This document shows positions 37,257 to 46,481 of a DNA stretch of 64,000 bases, in pieces. The notes below the pieces were generated by a model. The model made no database searches, was not told where the DNA came from, and saw nothing but the letters and a program-made list of their open reading frames with translations. A program made the translations under genes and the position numbers. The stretch comes from a virus (Duplodnaviria; Caudoviricetes). The DNA is taken from IMG/VR virus record IMGVR_UViG_3300028833_000064, positions 32,001 to 96,000 of that record; one strand, given 5' to 3'. Within the stretch, counting starts at the first letter, position 1; every line of letters begins with the position of its first letter.

Positions 37257-37427
37257 TTTTTAATTTCTGATGCAAAGATACGAACTTTTTTTGAATTACC
37301 AAACTTTTTTTTCAAAAAAATTTTATTTTTTTCGTAACTGCTTGATTTTGTGTAATAAAAAAATGAAAAAAATTTTAATCAGAATAAAAAATCCCTTGCA
37401 AAATTAGATTTTTACAAAGGATTTTTT
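37257..37427 (-). promoter_or_regulatory. Repeated promoter cassette, copy 5 with hairpin
   Basis: TTTG/TATCTTTG; AAAAAATCCCTTG...CAAAGGATTTTTT. Confidence 0.85.
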
Positions 37428-37432
37428 AGAAT

Positions 37433-37846
37433 TTATGCATTGTTGTCGTAGAATATTTCGACCTTATCTCTTTTGTTGTCTTGTGGTTTGATGGTGGCGT
37501 ATCCTATACGTTTCATCTTAACTGGGCACGTAATCCACTTCTCTTTCGTGTCTTTCACATCCGGAACCTCGTCTTCGGTGGGTTTGAAGATGTGTTTAGA
37601 AATCTTTTTTCTTCCATGTTGTACTGGTTCGTACAACCAAGCGAAAGCACTTGAACCGGACCCATAATACGATAGGGCTTTGAAACAACCGGTGACAGAA
37701 GTTGACACACAGACTCTTTTTGTCTTTTCGTCTTCACCCTCGATAGTGTTGTCCGGAACACGTGGATAGAATATGGTGTTATCATCCCACTTTAAAAAAG
37801 ATAAGTGATAGAGTTTCACTGTTTTACTTAGCTTATACCTTCTCAT
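37433..37846 (-). CDS. Possible ADP-ribosyltransferase-fold protein
   Basis: LYHLS..PRVP..RVCVSTS..T.EKW pattern. Confidence 0.4.
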   Translation of the reverse strand: MRRYKLSKTVKLYHLSFLKWDDNTIFYPRVPDNTIEGEDEKTKRVCVSTSVTGCFKALSYYGSGSSAFAWLYEPVQHGRKKISKHIFKPTEDEVPDVKDTKEKWITCPVKMKRIGYATIKPQDNKRDKVEIFYDNNA

Positions 37847-37850
37847 GTTT

Positions 37851-38852
37851 TTAATTTTCGAAAATAACTGAGATTTCTTTCAAACATCTGACGGGTTGTC
37901 CGTTCTTGGTTCCGGGATTCCACTTGGGCATGCTATTGATTACTTGTATTGCTGCATCACCACATCCGGCTCCGATGTCTTGCAGTACCTTGACGCCTGA
38001 AATTGTTCCGTCCTTTTCGACTATTACCGATACGATGACTTCACCCGATATGTTATATTGTCTAGCGAGGGGTGGATACTCGAGATTAGACTTGATGAAC
38101 TTTTTCAAGGCAACCTTCCCTCCGACAAATGTTGGATACTTGTCTGGGTTCTGACAGATTTCGTCTTTCGAAAAAAACGAAGAATCTTTTTCAACAACCA
38201 TAGAGTCTGACGGACTTGTGTATTCCATCTCGATAGAATCACTTTTGGACATCTTTTCTACCATATCCGTTTTGAACCTGTTTTTCTTGTAGATGAAAAA
38301 CTCACCGAGGTAGTACAAGTCACTATTATACATCCATATCTTTTCGAACTTTGACGAAGATAGTTCTATACACGTGTCTGCATCCTCCAAGTATGGGTAT
38401 TCCTTATTGGCAACAGAAGACGGTACCGGAGTTATCAACGAGTATCCAATTTTTATATTTACATCACTTTCAATATTATATGATGTAATAATCAAGTATT
38501 TACGGAACTCTCCGAACTCACCGCTTTCGTCGGACGAGACATAGTTGGCGATAGTTCTGCACATCAACACCGATGGCCGTTTTTCATAATCTATTGTTGA
38601 AAATTTGAATCCGGCATCCTTGGCGAATGATATACTCTTTGTCATAGTGTCGGCGAACTTGTGTTGCAACTCCCTCCAATTATCTTCTGATTTATACCAG
38701 TCGATATTGCCTTGTTCGTATTTACATTTATAGTACTCGTCGAGAAAGTTGATTATAGTTTCCCGTTTCATTTCATCCATGTACTCCTCATTCGTCATAC
38801 ATGACGAACAAAGAATAGAAATAAGCATTGATACTAAAAAAATCCTTTTCAT
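37851..38852 (-). CDS. Lipoprotein with C-terminal TonB-C domain
   Basis: Lipobox CSSC; P.F.GG..L.YP..A..I.G.V.V...DG...MPKWNPG..NG.PV. Confidence 0.8.
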   Translation of the reverse strand: MKRIFLVSMLISILCSSCMTNEEYMDEMKRETIINFLDEYYKCKYEQGNIDWYKSEDNWRELQHKFADTMTKSISFAKDAGFKFSTIDYEKRPSVLMCRTIANYVSSDESGEFGEFRKYLIITSYNIESDVNIKIGYSLITPVPSSVANKEYPYLEDADTCIELSSSKFEKIWMYNSDLYYLGEFFIYKKNRFKTDMVEKMSKSDSIEMEYTSPSDSMVVEKDSSFFSKDEICQNPDKYPTFVGGKVALKKFIKSNLEYPPLARQYNISGEVIVSVIVEKDGTISGVKVLQDIGAGCGDAAIQVINSMPKWNPGTKNGQPVRCLKEISVIFEN

Positions 38853-38853
38853 T

Positions 38854-39957
38854 TTATTTTATGTTTAAAGTGATTGACAAACCGACAAAACATTTTACTT
38901 GTTTTCCATTCACCGAACCGGGATTCCACTTGGGCATCGACTCTATAATTTTTTTGAAATTCTCTCCATATCCTCCACAGTCCTTGATGACATTGACGTT
39001 GAAAACCTTTCCGTCCTTGTCGACAAAGAATCCGATATAAATGTCTCCGGACGTTTTCACTTTCGGCTCGATTGACGAACTTTGCTCTTTAAGATATTCA
39101 AACAATGAGTCGAAGTAGTCACCATATTGTGGAGCTTCCTTTATGGACACATACCAGTCTTCTTCTTTGATGAAAGGTTTGAGAGATTCCTCATACTCTT
39201 CCATAGAAAATATCTTTCCACTGATGTCTTCGACTGCTGTCACCGTGAGATTGTTGGTGGAGTCTTTAGTCGTTTGTGTGTTGTCTTGACTATTTCCATC
39301 TCTCCATCCAATATTTAAATCGGTGAAATCCAAATCCAGCATAGACGTTTTATCAGCAAAAATGTATGTACCCAATCGGAGTATAGTTACGGACTTATGA
39401 CAATTACAATTTGAATCTATCCAATTTTCTATTTCCAAATTAGATACTTTGTTTTCAACACAAGTGTCTCTGTATATGTATGGAATATGTTTAAATTTTC
39501 TTTTTTTAAATTCAGCTGCCGGTGTAAGGGATATTATATTGTAACTCACCATAAGTGAGTTTTTACCGTCTGGCGTTAGGTTCTTCATTCTAATTCTTGA
39601 GTGAATTTCAAATTGTATTACTTGACCATATTCGATAACCTTACCACCATCGTCGTGTTTCTCATAATATCCGAGAACTTTTGTTTTGTGGACATAATTA
39701 GAATTTAGGTTGCCGAGGTTTTCGGCCATAGATTTTGCAAAACAGATGTCAGATGTCATCTTCTCAGCAAAGGCTTCCTTTATGTTTACACATCTTCTGG
39801 ATGTGTCCCACCAAATTGGATTTGTGTCGGTGTATCCGTCTATAAATTCCGACATATTTTTGTGACCCTCACCTTCACATGAGACAAGGAATAATGCAGT
39901 CAGAGACAAAAGTATCAAAGATAGTTTTTTCATTTTTTTAGAATCTATTCTCCCCAA
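38854..39957 (-). CDS. Lipoprotein with C-terminal TonB-C domain (start MKKLSL 39933), paralog
   Basis: Lipobox LVSC; FFVDKDG..MPKWNPGSVNGKQV. Confidence 0.75.
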   Translation of the reverse strand: MGRIDSKKMKKLSLILLSLTALFLVSCEGEGHKNMSEFIDGYTDTNPIWWDTSRRCVNIKEAFAEKMTSDICFAKSMAENLGNLNSNYVHKTKVLGYYEKHDDGGKVIEYGQVIQFEIHSRIRMKNLTPDGKNSLMVSYNIISLTPAAEFKKRKFKHIPYIYRDTCVENKVSNLEIENWIDSNCNCHKSVTILRLGTYIFADKTSMLDLDFTDLNIGWRDGNSQDNTQTTKDSTNNLTVTAVEDISGKIFSMEEYEESLKPFIKEEDWYVSIKEAPQYGDYFDSLFEYLKEQSSSIEPKVKTSGDIYIGFFVDKDGKVFNVNVIKDCGGYGENFKKIIESMPKWNPGSVNGKQVKCFVGLSITLNIK

Positions 39958-40385
39958 ATGGTTTCGAAAACTTTTTCGAGGAAAGGTTTGTTAATGTTGT
40001 AGGTTTTATTTTTCAAGATTATTTTAGGATTCTGAATCTCGGTTCCGTCTTCTTTATAGAGCAGTGAATGAATCGTTGACTCCCACGATAAGGGAGTTTT
40101 TTGTGAAAGGTATTGCATCAAGAGGTCAGTCTGGTTTCTCCAGCTATTGTACTCTACGGACCAGTCTCTGTTATTGTCGGCTACGAAGTCGGAGAACTTT
40201 GCTATTCTGATTCTCAATCCATTTTTATTTTTTTCTTCCGGTTGGTGTTTCGAAACAATATCGTCCATCACACCACGGATGATTTCTTTCATCTTTTCTT
40301 CGGCTTCCAATCTTTCCCTTTCGAGAATTTTACATTTGGATGTAATGTCACGGATTTGCTGTCCGAGTTCTTTTAATTTTTCCAT
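39945..40385 (-). CDS. Hypothetical protein
   Basis: Tiling; TAG stop. Confidence 0.65.
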   Translation of the reverse strand: MEKLKELGQQIRDITSKCKILERERLEAEEKMKEIIRGVMDDIVSKHQPEEKNKNGLRIRIAKFSDFVADNNRDWSVEYNSWRNQTDLLMQYLSQKTPLSWESTIHSLLYKEDGTEIQNPKIILKNKTYNINKPFLEKVFETIWGE

Positions 40386-40458
40386 ATTCTATTTGTTTAT
40401 TGTATTGTAGTATCTTTCATCTAAAGACACAACTTTCTATATTTATTAGTAAGTTTCT

Positions 40459-40755
40459 TTAAAGTGTTAAGATGAATTTCCAAACATATTCGTGACCTGA
40501 AGAGGTTAAAATGGCATCAACTTTGGAGTATCCGGATTTTTTATACTTATCAACAAGTTCGTACACAAACTTTTCTTTGTGAGAACCGTGTATTGTGAAA
40601 GACCATTTTTTGGGAGGCATACCACAACGGCTCACCCGGATGTATTCTTCTACTCCTTTTCTTTCAGCGGACTCAACCTCTTTGTTGAAACAGTCTCTTT
40701 CAATTTCTTCATTGGTCACATAGACCATCTGAATGAATTGTTCAGGTGTTATCAT
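40459..40755 (-). CDS. Hypothetical protein
   Basis: After class II motif. Confidence 0.65.
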   Translation of the reverse strand: MITPEQFIQMVYVTNEEIERDCFNKEVESAERKGVEEYIRVSRCGMPPKKWSFTIHGSHKEKFVYELVDKYKKSGYSKVDAILTSSGHEYVWKFILTL

Positions 40756-40772
40756 ATCTTTAACTTTTTTAT

Positions 40773-40784
40773 AAAGATACTATT
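40773..40784 (-). promoter_or_regulatory. Class II promoter-like motif
   Basis: AATAGTATCTTT. Confidence 0.65.
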
Positions 40785-40800
40785 ATTTTTTTAAATAAAT

Positions 40801-40830
40801 AAAAAACCCCCGTCTCACGACGAGGGTTTA
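40801..40830 (-). terminator. Rho-independent terminator
   Basis: AAACCCCCGTCTCACGACGAGGGTTT with U-tract on the minus strand. Confidence 0.65.
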
Positions 40831-40855
40831 AAAATATGAATAAAATTAATAGATA

Positions 40856-42676
40856 TTAATATGTTCCATTTTTATCAAATCGTTTCTCATACGAATTTAA
40901 GTCGCCGATAATCATATTGGTGGTTTCAACCAAATCGTTTACATCTTTTTGACGACCGTATGACTTTTTGGCATCGAAGATGTGTTTTACGTTGGCGATG
41001 TGAAAACCTTCCGAACATTTCAATTCACTGTCAAATTCCGAATCTGGTTCCTGCACCCATATGTTAAACTCGATATTGTTATATGGGAATATATATGGTT
41101 TATGTTTGATATGTGGAATTTTTATCTCTGGTTTTTGAGAAAACTGGAGTTTTTCAATTCCTCCATACATTTCAGTAAACACCTTTAGTTTATTTTCTGT
41201 TTCCTCATCACATTTTATTACAATATCGATGTCGTGGACGAATCTTCCAACGGGGAGAAGTCCTTGTTTCAAGAGGGCGATACTTCCAGTGACCATCACG
41301 TTTTCCGGAGATATTTTGAATCTTTTGGTAAAGGATGTAAGAGTTTTCAACATGAAGTCTGCATTTCTTTTTTGTGAGTCATAGAAGTTGTTCTTTGACT
41401 TTTCAATATCTTCCACCCTCTTTCTCTTGAAAAAGTTGTTTCGAAAACATATTGTGATATGTTTCACCCAATCTTCATCAACAGAATCACTGATGGTAGA
41501 ATTTTTACATTCGGTCTCCATCCTTTTAACCATATCTGATAGTCGAGCGTCAAGTTCCGAATACTTAAACTTACGTCTCCGGACATCGAGTAGGAAGTCA
41601 CGGTCTATGTTGGTTCTGTCGAGCAAGAGTCCCTTACCTTGTGCAATTTCTATGCACATTGCCACATTTCGAAAACAATGATACATATTCTTGACATCGT
41701 ACTTGTAATCTGGGTTTCCTTGTTTTTCGGCGACCATATTGGATTCGTAGCGTGCTTTGTTTCTCTTCTGCTTCCACTCCTCATACTCCTTGTATTTCCG
41801 GCAGTGTGTGCCGTATCCGTCGGCGTTATATGTCATCATGCAGATTGGTTCTTCCTCCTTTTGGGTCGAGCAAAGTCTGACTGTGTTAGACGTTCCGTCG
41901 TTGTTGATGATTCCACAATGACCTCCGAAAGGTTTTTCGGTCATCTTTACAACATAGTCAACCATGACACTGTATTCAGTCTGTTTTTGAAATCTATCCA
42001 TGAAATGAGAAACAGCGAACTTACCAAAACTTGTTTGTTTGTTTATCTCATCACCCATGTTTACGTTGGCGAGTCTCAGATGCTGACCGAAGTCATAGTA
42101 CATCAAGTAACAGTCTTTCATGTTCGTGAGGTTTGTCAGACCACAGCAATCTTGACGAAGACCGTTTCTTTTGAGCCATTCTTGGATGTTTATACTTCCT
42201 TGACGACCATCAAAGGTGAAACAGAAATCAAGTGGAGTCTTTCTCTCCATGTTCTCCATATCCCAATGAATTTTTTTCTCCTGTCCACGAGCCTTCTTTA
42301 CCTGAGATGAAGCGTATTCACCGAATGGTTTGAAACATTTCTTCGTTAAGAATTTGTAACCTATATTTCTGATATGTTCCTTGAACAACGGATGTTCATA
42401 CAGAATTTTATCATCGGGGACAAAAAAGGCTTCGAGTACTGCTGGGTTGGAATTCATGGCAAGTTTCATAAATTTGCCGAGTTCCCACCATTTGTTGTCG
42501 TTCTTCTCATCGGAGACTTCATCTTCGAAACCAAAGTCGAAATTGTTGTCCATGATATAAACTCCACCGGTGTCTATATCTGCACTTCCGTCGTCAAGAC
42601 TTGTGTTATATAGGTGACTTCCTCTCACATATTCAAAGAGAAGAAGACCTCTATTTCTTATATCTTCAAATGTCAT
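40856..42676 (-). CDS. RlaP/NrdC.11-like nucleotidyltransferase fused to a second nucleotidyltransferase domain
   Basis: RGSHLYNT..ADIDTGGVY..NPAVLE..KNMYHCFR; second TGSIAL..HDIDI..RQKDVND. Confidence 0.8.
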   Translation of the reverse strand: MTFEDIRNRGLLLFEYVRGSHLYNTSLDDGSADIDTGGVYIMDNNFDFGFEDEVSDEKNDNKWWELGKFMKLAMNSNPAVLEAFFVPDDKILYEHPLFKEHIRNIGYKFLTKKCFKPFGEYASSQVKKARGQEKKIHWDMENMERKTPLDFCFTFDGRQGSINIQEWLKRNGLRQDCCGLTNLTNMKDCYLMYYDFGQHLRLANVNMGDEINKQTSFGKFAVSHFMDRFQKQTEYSVMVDYVVKMTEKPFGGHCGIINNDGTSNTVRLCSTQKEEEPICMMTYNADGYGTHCRKYKEYEEWKQKRNKARYESNMVAEKQGNPDYKYDVKNMYHCFRNVAMCIEIAQGKGLLLDRTNIDRDFLLDVRRRKFKYSELDARLSDMVKRMETECKNSTISDSVDEDWVKHITICFRNNFFKRKRVEDIEKSKNNFYDSQKRNADFMLKTLTSFTKRFKISPENVMVTGSIALLKQGLLPVGRFVHDIDIVIKCDEETENKLKVFTEMYGGIEKLQFSQKPEIKIPHIKHKPYIFPYNNIEFNIWVQEPDSEFDSELKCSEGFHIANVKHIFDAKKSYGRQKDVNDLVETTNMIIGDLNSYEKRFDKNGTY

Positions 42677-42680
42677 TGTC

Positions 42681-43115
42681 TTATTGTATTTGATTGACTA
42701 AAATATTTTTGAGAGTCTTTCTCATATTCGGAAAGTACCTGTCCAATGTTAGTCCGTATGTGAATCCATCCATTTCGGTCAAGGTGTTTCCGTAGTTGTC
42801 GACAAATGTCGACGTACATTTCATCTTCTTTAAGTCTGGTGTATCTTCGAGTTCTATATAGAAGATGTGGAGGTCTTTATTCTGATTGTACTTTTGTCTT
42901 CCACAATCTTTAAAGAACTTAACGTTCAAATCTTTATAATCAAGACCCGTCTCTTCTTTCAATTCACGACATGCAGTATCAAACGGGTCTTCACCATCTT
43001 CGACATGACCTTTGGGAATATCCCAAAAACCATTATCTACAGGTTTGGCCGTAGGGTGACATTGGAGATACCCAACAGGTGTCTTTATAAGGAATCCAGC
43101 ACTTAATTGTTTCAT
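42681..43115 (-). CDS. NUDIX hydrolase
   Basis: GHVEDGEDPFDTACRELKEETGL. Confidence 0.92.
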   Translation of the reverse strand: MKQLSAGFLIKTPVGYLQCHPTAKPVDNGFWDIPKGHVEDGEDPFDTACRELKEETGLDYKDLNVKFFKDCGRQKYNQNKDLHIFYIELEDTPDLKKMKCTSTFVDNYGNTLTEMDGFTYGLTLDRYFPNMRKTLKNILVNQIQ

Positions 43116-43129
43116 TGTTTAGTGTTTAG

Positions 43130-43495
43130 TTATTTTTCGAGTTTTGTTATTTTTTCATTTAATTCTTTTATTTCTTTGTCTAATTTTTCATTCTGCAATT
43201 TGATTCTCAGAATACTGAGAATAGTCATATAGCATTTATGAAACATAGGTGTTTCTCGGCGTGTTTTTCTTGATACATAACAATATGCAATCATAATATT
43301 TATCTGTTCCTGGTCGAGGAACTTATACATCTTTGCTTTACCGAGTTGGTAACTTCTCTTGTACCAAAGATATGGGTATGGGTCTAGACCGAGGTGCATC
43401 CTTGAAATGTTACATTCTTTTGTTATTTCAAGGATGTTACTTTGTTTCACTCTTGGTAAATACGTGGTTTTCTTATGTTTTCTTATGTTTTTCAT
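43130..43495 (-). CDS. Basic hypothetical protein
   Basis: ATG 43495 in ATGA overlap. Confidence 0.6.
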   Translation of the reverse strand: MKNIRKHKKTTYLPRVKQSNILEITKECNISRMHLGLDPYPYLWYKRSYQLGKAKMYKFLDQEQINIMIAYCYVSRKTRRETPMFHKCYMTILSILRIKLQNEKLDKEIKELNEKITKLEK

Positions 43496-43768
43496 TTTAT
43501 GATTGTTGAATCTTCCCAAATTTTCTCTGGGGTCAAACCGAGTTCGTTTTTACTCCAATAAGGTGTGATTGTAACGATTTGTATGGCTTCGAGTTTGTTG
43601 AGTTTATTTTCGTTGCACTCAAAATTAACACGTACATCAGTGACCTCATTAAGACCACCCCAGAAATCAAAAGAGTTCGCCTTTTTTAAACACCCAATCG
43701 GTGTAGAACTGACCGACGATTCGGATGTTATCTTCGTAGTCTTTCCATCTAAACTGTATTATACTCAT
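43492..43768 (-). pseudogene. Frameshifted ORF (+1 nt near 43670-43690)
   Basis: MSIIQFRWKD...FKKGELF then DFWGGLNEV...TIIK-TGA in the next frame; 277 nt. Confidence 0.5.
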
Positions 43769-43783
43769 ATCTTTTTTTTTTTC

Positions 43784-43795
43784 AAAGATACTATT
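43784..43795 (-). promoter_or_regulatory. Class II promoter-like motif
   Basis: AATAGTATCTTTG. Confidence 0.65.
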
Positions 43796-43809
43796 ATTTT
43801 TTTGAAAAA

Positions 43810-44994
43810 TCAAATTTCGAAAATATCTTTCATTTTTTCAATAAGGTCGAGGTTTTCCCAAGGAAAGTATTTTATTCCGTCTTTTACATAACTTTTTCTT
43901 CCGAAGTGACCGTACTTTGCTGTCTCGAGATAGATTGGGTTGAGTAATTGCAATTTATCGATGATACCTCTTGGTGTGAAATCGAAATGCTTATGGAGTC
44001 TGTCTGCAATTTCAGCATCACTTATATCGATTTTGCAAGTTCCGTTGGTATTCACAAAGATTGAGATGGGTTGTGCCATGCCGATTGCATACGACACTTG
44101 GATTGTAACCTCGTCTGCAATTCCGGCAGCGACAAGGTTCTTGGCGATATATCTGCAAAAGTATGCAGCGCTTCTATCGACTTTGGATGGGTCTTTACCA
44201 GAGAACGCTCCCCCGCCATGAGGGCAGTGACCACCATAGGTGTCGACGATAATCTTACGTCCGGTCAAACCGGTATCACCGTGTGGACCTCCGATTACAA
44301 ATCTACCCGTTGGGTTTATATATAATTTATAATCATTGAAAAGGTCTGATACCCAAGATGGTACATCTTTTCGTACAATCAAGATTGCTTCTTGTATCAA
44401 TTCTCCGAGAACTTCCATAGAAAGTTTAGGAGAATGCTGTTGGGATATGATGATTGTATCGATTTTTACAGGTTTGTTGTTATCGTCATATTCTATGGTG
44501 ACTTGTGATTTGGCATCGGGGCGTAATCCGATTTCAGGATAGTTACGTCTCAACGTCTCCATTGTTTGGAGAAGTTTATGTGAGAGCATTATCTCAAGTG
44601 GCATATACTCTATTCCATCCTTGATGGCGTATCCGAACATTATACCTTGGTCTCCGGCACCTTGGTTGGGTTTGTTTACTCCTATGGCGATGTCGGGTGA
44701 CTGCTCGTGTATTGTGTTGATGACTGCACAGGAATGTCCGTCGAAATACAAATCTCCGTTGTCATATCCGATGTCTATGATTGTGTCTCTTACGGTTTTC
44801 TGTATATCGATATAACCGGTGGTCGTTACTTCACCGGAGACTACGGCGAGACCCGTTGTAACGAGTGTTTCACAGGCGACATGGGCGTTATTGTCTTGTT
44901 TCAACATTTCGTCAAGTATGGCATCAGATATTTGGTCTGCAACTTTGTCTGGGTGTCCGGACGACACTGATTCTGAAGTAAAAAATTTTGACAT
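43810..44994 (-). CDS. metK: S-adenosylmethionine synthetase
   Basis: [35 protein letters not shown]. Confidence 0.97.
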   Translation of the reverse strand: MSKFFTSESVSSGHPDKVADQISDAILDEMLKQDNNAHVACETLVTTGLAVVSGEVTTTGYIDIQKTVRDTIIDIGYDNGDLYFDGHSCAVINTIHEQSPDIAIGVNKPNQGAGDQGIMFGYAIKDGIEYMPLEIMLSHKLLQTMETLRRNYPEIGLRPDAKSQVTIEYDDNNKPVKIDTIIISQQHSPKLSMEVLGELIQEAILIVRKDVPSWVSDLFNDYKLYINPTGRFVIGGPHGDTGLTGRKIIVDTYGGHCPHGGGAFSGKDPSKVDRSAAYFCRYIAKNLVAAGIADEVTIQVSYAIGMAQPISIFVNTNGTCKIDISDAEIADRLHKHFDFTPRGIIDKLQLLNPIYLETAKYGHFGRKSYVKDGIKYFPWENLDLIEKMKDIFEI

Positions 44995-45000
44995 TATTCT

Positions 45001-45183
45001 TTATTCTTTATGTGGTTTTATTTCATACACATCGTCAGAGCAATCTTGATAAGATTCCTTTATCTTCTGATGTTTTACTCTTTTGGCCTCAGAGTGTGAT
45101 TCGAAAGTACAGACGTATATTCCGTTTTCAAATAAATCATACCATTTTGGTTTATAGAGTTCTTGTTTTTCTTCTTTAGTCAT
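45001..45183 (-). CDS. Hypothetical protein
   Basis: Start MTKEEK. Confidence 0.55.
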   Translation of the reverse strand: MTKEEKQELYKPKWYDLFENGIYVCTFESHSEAKRVKHQKIKESYQDCSDDVYEIKPHKE

Positions 45184-45457
45184 TTGTGTTGTTTTCGTTA
45201 GAAATGTGATAAAGACCATCATCACCCTTGAATAGATAACGAGTATCATAACGTTTCGGAAACATCACCGAACTTGGTGACACATTGTCTAGATATGAAA
45301 TACCCCAATGCTCATCATTGAGGTTACGACCCGCTACCATAAGGACCAGTTGATGGAGGTCACTCCATCTTTGGGGACCGTTTGCTGCAACAAAGTTGCA
45401 AATAATTTTATGAATATTGTGTTTCTGTCTCATTTTAGATATGGTATTATATTCCAA
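45176..45457 (-). CDS. Hypothetical protein
   Basis: Tiling. Confidence 0.6.
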   Translation of the reverse strand: MEYNTISKMRQKHNIHKIICNFVAANGPQRWSDLHQLVLMVAGRNLNDEHWGISYLDNVSPSSVMFPKRYDTRYLFKGDDGLYHISNENNTND

Positions 45458-45723
45458 CTATTTTTTGATATTTTAATAAATTTCCCAGTATCTTTATTCA
45501 ATACTTTTAAATCTGGGCTCACACAACCTGGTCGGTATAATATATTGAAATTATACTTAATGGTTTTTAATTCATATATATAATAACTATCATTATGACC
45601 TATTCTCTTAATGTCATTAGTGTTTTTGAAAATTTCGTTCCACACTTCATCATTCTTTCTTTTTAAGTGTAATAGGTAGAAGATTATGACTAAAAATAAT
45701 AATACTATAATTACAAATAACAT
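45430..45723 (-). CDS. Membrane-anchored hypothetical protein
   Basis: N-terminal TM. Confidence 0.6.
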   Translation of the reverse strand: MLFVIIVLLFLVIIFYLLHLKRKNDEVWNEIFKNTNDIKRIGHNDSYYIYELKTIKYNFNILYRPGCVSPDLKVLNKDTGKFIKISKNSWNIIPYLK

Positions 45724-45735
45724 TTCAACCTCCTT

Positions 45736-46029
45736 TTATAAAGAATTTGTGATTACTGAACAAAGATTAAAAGTACTTGTTGTATGACAACGAATTCTCG
45801 CTTCCATGTCTTGACATTCTTTTCCGAAAGGACATTCTGAACATCCCATTTGATAAAAATACTGTTGGATAGTATTTTTAGAAATTTGAACACCTTCAAC
45901 AGAATATACTTTTTTGGAATTTTCGTTGTACGTGTTGAGTTCTTTTTGGTGATTTTCAGCAAGTGCTTCATCTGTGAATTGTTTTCCATCTGAAGTTTCA
46001 AATATTGTTTTGATTTTAAGTTCTTTCAT
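45736..46029 (-). CDS. Hypothetical protein, Cys motif
   Basis: TSDGKQF..A..HQ; CSECPF..C. Confidence 0.65.
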   Translation of the reverse strand: MKELKIKTIFETSDGKQFTDEALAENHQKELNTYNENSKKVYSVEGVQISKNTIQQYFYQMGCSECPFGKECQDMEARIRCHTTSTFNLCSVITNSL

Positions 46030-46037
46030 GTTATTTT

Positions 46038-46481
46038 TTATTTTAGTTCTTTTATCATATAATAATGGTCATTATCAGAATGGTTATAACCCATTTGTTC
46101 CCAAAATCTTTTTGATATTCCGTAGTCATCATTTTCATCACGATGCTGTAAGATAATGAAATCAACCGGAGTTTTTTCTAGGTACTCTATCATTAATTTA
46201 CCATATCCTTGATGTCTGAATTTCCTTGACACTTCAAACGCTTCAATATACATACAGTATTTGGGTAAGGGTATTTGTAAATCGGTAAAAACATTGAAGA
46301 GAAAAAAGAAATCAAAATCTTCAATCATTATACTCACCCCACCGACAAATTGTCCCTTTTCGTTGTAAAACTCTATTTTTTTACGTATGTCTGAATTGAC
46401 ACCGTTGAACAAAACATCGGGGCAGTGCCTTATGGCTTCTATTGAAAACGTGTCAACTTTTTTTGGAAAGATTTTCATCAC
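46038..46481 (-). CDS. GNAT acetyltransferase
   Basis: FEV..FRHQGYGK, FWEQMGY. Confidence 0.8.
   Translation of the reverse strand: MMKIFPKKVDTFSIEAIRHCPDVLFNGVNSDIRKKIEFYNEKGQFVGGVSIMIEDFDFFFLFNVFTDLQIPLPKYCMYIEAFEVSRKFRHQGYGKLMIEYLEKTPVDFIILQHRDENDDYGISKRFWEQMGYNHSDNDHYYMIKELK

Noticed and set aside
15616-37427. Dispersed repeats as IS/MITE ends
   Set aside because: No terminal inverted repeats, target duplications or transposase; content matches promoter/terminator
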